34,814 nt of DNA, taken from contig JALRLN010000003.1 in the NCBI GenBank assembly GCA_023254445.1, forward strand, positions 1 through 34,814, in the 5' to 3' direction. Below the pieces are notes generated by a model. It saw only the letters and a list, made by a program, of their open reading frames with translations, had not been told where the DNA came from and made no database searches. The first letter of the stretch is position 1; every line of letters starts with the position of its first letter. The position numbers and the translations under genes are program-made. Shown here piece by piece: positions 33,901-34,814 of this stretch. The stretch is from Candidatus Poseidoniaceae archaeon (lineage in GTDB: Archaea; Thermoplasmatota; Poseidoniia; Poseidoniales; Poseidoniaceae).

Positions 33901-34814
33901 TTGGTCAACCCTTCAACGTCGACGTTCTGCTTGAAAATCGCGGGATGAGTTCGGCCGTAGGCACGCTTGAGGTCACAGAACTTGTCGGCTCGGACCTCCT
34001 GTTGCGTGCCCCGTCGAACCTGAGCGCAGGAAACGCCAGCGGGTCCCGTGCTGTTCAACAGCTCCCTTTGACCGTGAACAGGAGCGGCTGGGTTGACCTT
34101 CAAATCCGTCATGTCGCTGCGGAAGGTCATCCCGAGGCGGATGCGTCGGACAACATCGCGCTGCTCCGGTTTTGGGTCAACACGCCACCGGTCGTCGAGA
34201 GCGTTCGCTGCTTGACCGCTTCCGCCTACCGGGGGGACAGCGTGGTGTGCGAAGTTGAAGCCACCGACGATCTAGGTGTGATGGGGGTCGACCTCGCATG
34301 GTCCATCAGGAACGCCACAGGAGCCTCGACCCCTTGGGTGACGCTCCCGCTCGGAACGGGCGACGGCACCACGTGGTGGACCAGCCTTGTCCTTCCAACC
34401 AATGCCACCATCGCGCCGGTCGGAACCCTGCGCCTTCGAGCGACAGCAGTGGACAAGAGCAACGCATCCACTGAAGTGACGTCCGAAGACGTCCTGCAGG
34501 TGCTCGACGCACCCGGACGCTGGTTCGGCCCGCATGTCGCTGGCGTGGATCCCGCAGGTTGGACGGGGTCGACGGCCCTGTTGGGGACGCCACCAAAGGG
34601 CCTCTCGAGGAGCGAGTCCTCCTTGGTGCAGGCCTGCGTCGACGACGTTGACTACGACGAGGTTGTCGATGCACCGACGCTAGATGTGCGCACGAGGGCG
34701 GACGCTTCAGCCCCCTCGGTGACCATCCAATCGTTTCCCAACGTGACCAGCAGCGGAACGCTGCACTGCAGTTCATGGGAGGTGCGCATCCCGACCGGCT
34801 ATGCCTTGGACGAT
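30984..34814 (+). CDS. Large secreted TIGR03790-family protein with inserted CBM-like, PA14 and LamG domains, then CARDB/Ig-like domains (3'-truncated; absent from the ORF track)
   Basis: Manual translation from ATG 30984 is open for 1277 codons to the window end. Signal peptide MRQAAATVAILGLLLLSPLPLPGQA. 'LVTTKGIPLRI', 'ASFDQEL', 'LVTRLTG', 'GYASWGSND', 'WLPGAIAET', 'GVKGYVYEPYL', 'VVGDP'. PA14 'FYLDSDDGSELWVDG'. LamG 'WMHLVTVYDG...YLDG...GMIDEVMVW'. Confidence 0.88.
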   Translation, partial: MRQAAATVAILGLLLLSPLPLPGQASYDHTNGDDAPGLRSLFDGFAASTGEDVWNMTPWSDVAVPDGFDLLSVLDYSDVGVLINNNSEESRAIGWAFVAARNISSDRIFVFNGSDVPTSETINRQAFETHFDGPFRAMLANRSSSTDLNFLVTTKGIPLRISGGNDKASFDQELALIGGSYNGSIGQNWWTTHAYGPLAGQPMERFSRAEHGFFLVTRLTGYTLDTALDLIERANESLGSRGTYVLDLATNRNGSGYKFWNDDLYAANTSLREAHNASVLFDETSTFITNVSDVLGYASWGSNDGSWSQNFLPDYGFEAADASTSSGRRSWEASAATPTASEAFGWVVDNTTTRGGQASMALQMAADCNASSGRNVSGLLGEYFDNAAGVTIPNGGMPELIDRASSYAQVEANLDNSVSYNAYAGLDDRFKVNWGARFSGLIDVPWSGNWTFYLDSDDGSELWVDGVSIVQNHGMHGMRETSGWVNLSEGMHDLRVEFYQGNGPHGLRMSWSTSNLSKSIVPSSALSVASSWVPSVGTLEHHWSFEDGSGSSASDAVGGANLTLYGMNASNWRSCADGGCLWYDGEDDYAEVDVSDWDGDLTVSQWVWANTSTLPDYASVFAVSNNAGANASFQHAAFNGEWRLHNNQTHTFGGIEAQQWMHLVTVYDGGEVRQYLDGVLVNTHQQPAGAINEVERYRLGVNRAGSVHFEGMIDEVMVWSSALDAWEITALHRTVLTSCQPLSTGGTDVARLEQTYAIGPDVRDHAWLGIAYGMSTDEAHGAFSVMYEGLDASGQVLSTNTSSPRSFTSAWATGVYRFRPDANATTLRVTVLIDVGSTSTDGALHIDDVLLRAIRPSMGWLPGAIAETAVSTGGRSFTWGTSYGQSLVADLLEDGVSGVKGYVYEPYLTAVGRPSVLFDAYASGYGFAEANAMANLQIGWMGVVVGDPKMAPYADRLHDAVVVDARVAGNVTVGQPFNVDVLLENRGMSSAVGTLEVTELVGSDLLLRAPSNLSAGNASGSRAVQQLPLTVNRSGWVDLQIRHVAAEGHPEADASDNIALLRFWVNTPPVVESVRCLTASAYRGDSVVCEVEATDDLGVMGVDLAWSIRNATGASTPWVTLPLGTGDGTTWWTSLVLPTNATIAPVGTLRLRATAVDKSNASTEVTSEDVLQVLDAPGRWFGPHVAGVDPAGWTGSTALLGTPPKGLSRSESSLVQACVDDVDYDEVVDAPTLDVRTRADASAPSVTIQSFPNVTSSGTLHCSSWEVRIPTGYALDD

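Noticed and set aside
30934..34814. Apparent gene-poor or non-coding tail suggested by the ORF track
   Set aside because: A single plus-strand frame from 30984 is open to the window end. It was omitted only because it has no stop codon in the window.

Overview
High-GC, gene-dense archaeal chromosome segment. It is most consistent with Marine Group II Euryarchaeota (Poseidoniales), inferred from archaeal-type Cdc48, long FKBP, DUF63, NcsA/TtuA and pyrBI, GGAGGTGA ribosome-binding sites, and a sequon-rich surface protein. Gene order: partial ccmF-like gene, FKBP-His/Asp-SAP fusion, DUF63, a leucine-catabolism-type acyl-CoA carboxylase/hydratase cluster, two large hypothetical membrane proteins, pyrBI, tRNA 2-thiolase, an AT-rich 261-bp intergenic region, a three-gene Roadblock / DUF2226-like-Roadblock-coiled-coil / 2-TM operon, a minus-strand cdc48, PRC-barrel, DUF4350-like, DUF58, membrane-protein cluster, an aldehyde dehydrogenase, and an actinobacterial Sdh1-like succinate dehydrogenase operon. 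The window ends in a >1277-aa secreted TIGR03790-like protein that the ORF track missed because it runs off the window. The most notable items are the Roadblock/coiled-coil operon, a twice-occurring 28-bp imperfect palindrome (CAATTG-N14-CAATTG), and the nested domain architecture of the final protein. No mobile elements, CRISPR arrays, tRNA or rRNA genes were recognised. All family assignments come from motifs recognised by eye, not from database searches.
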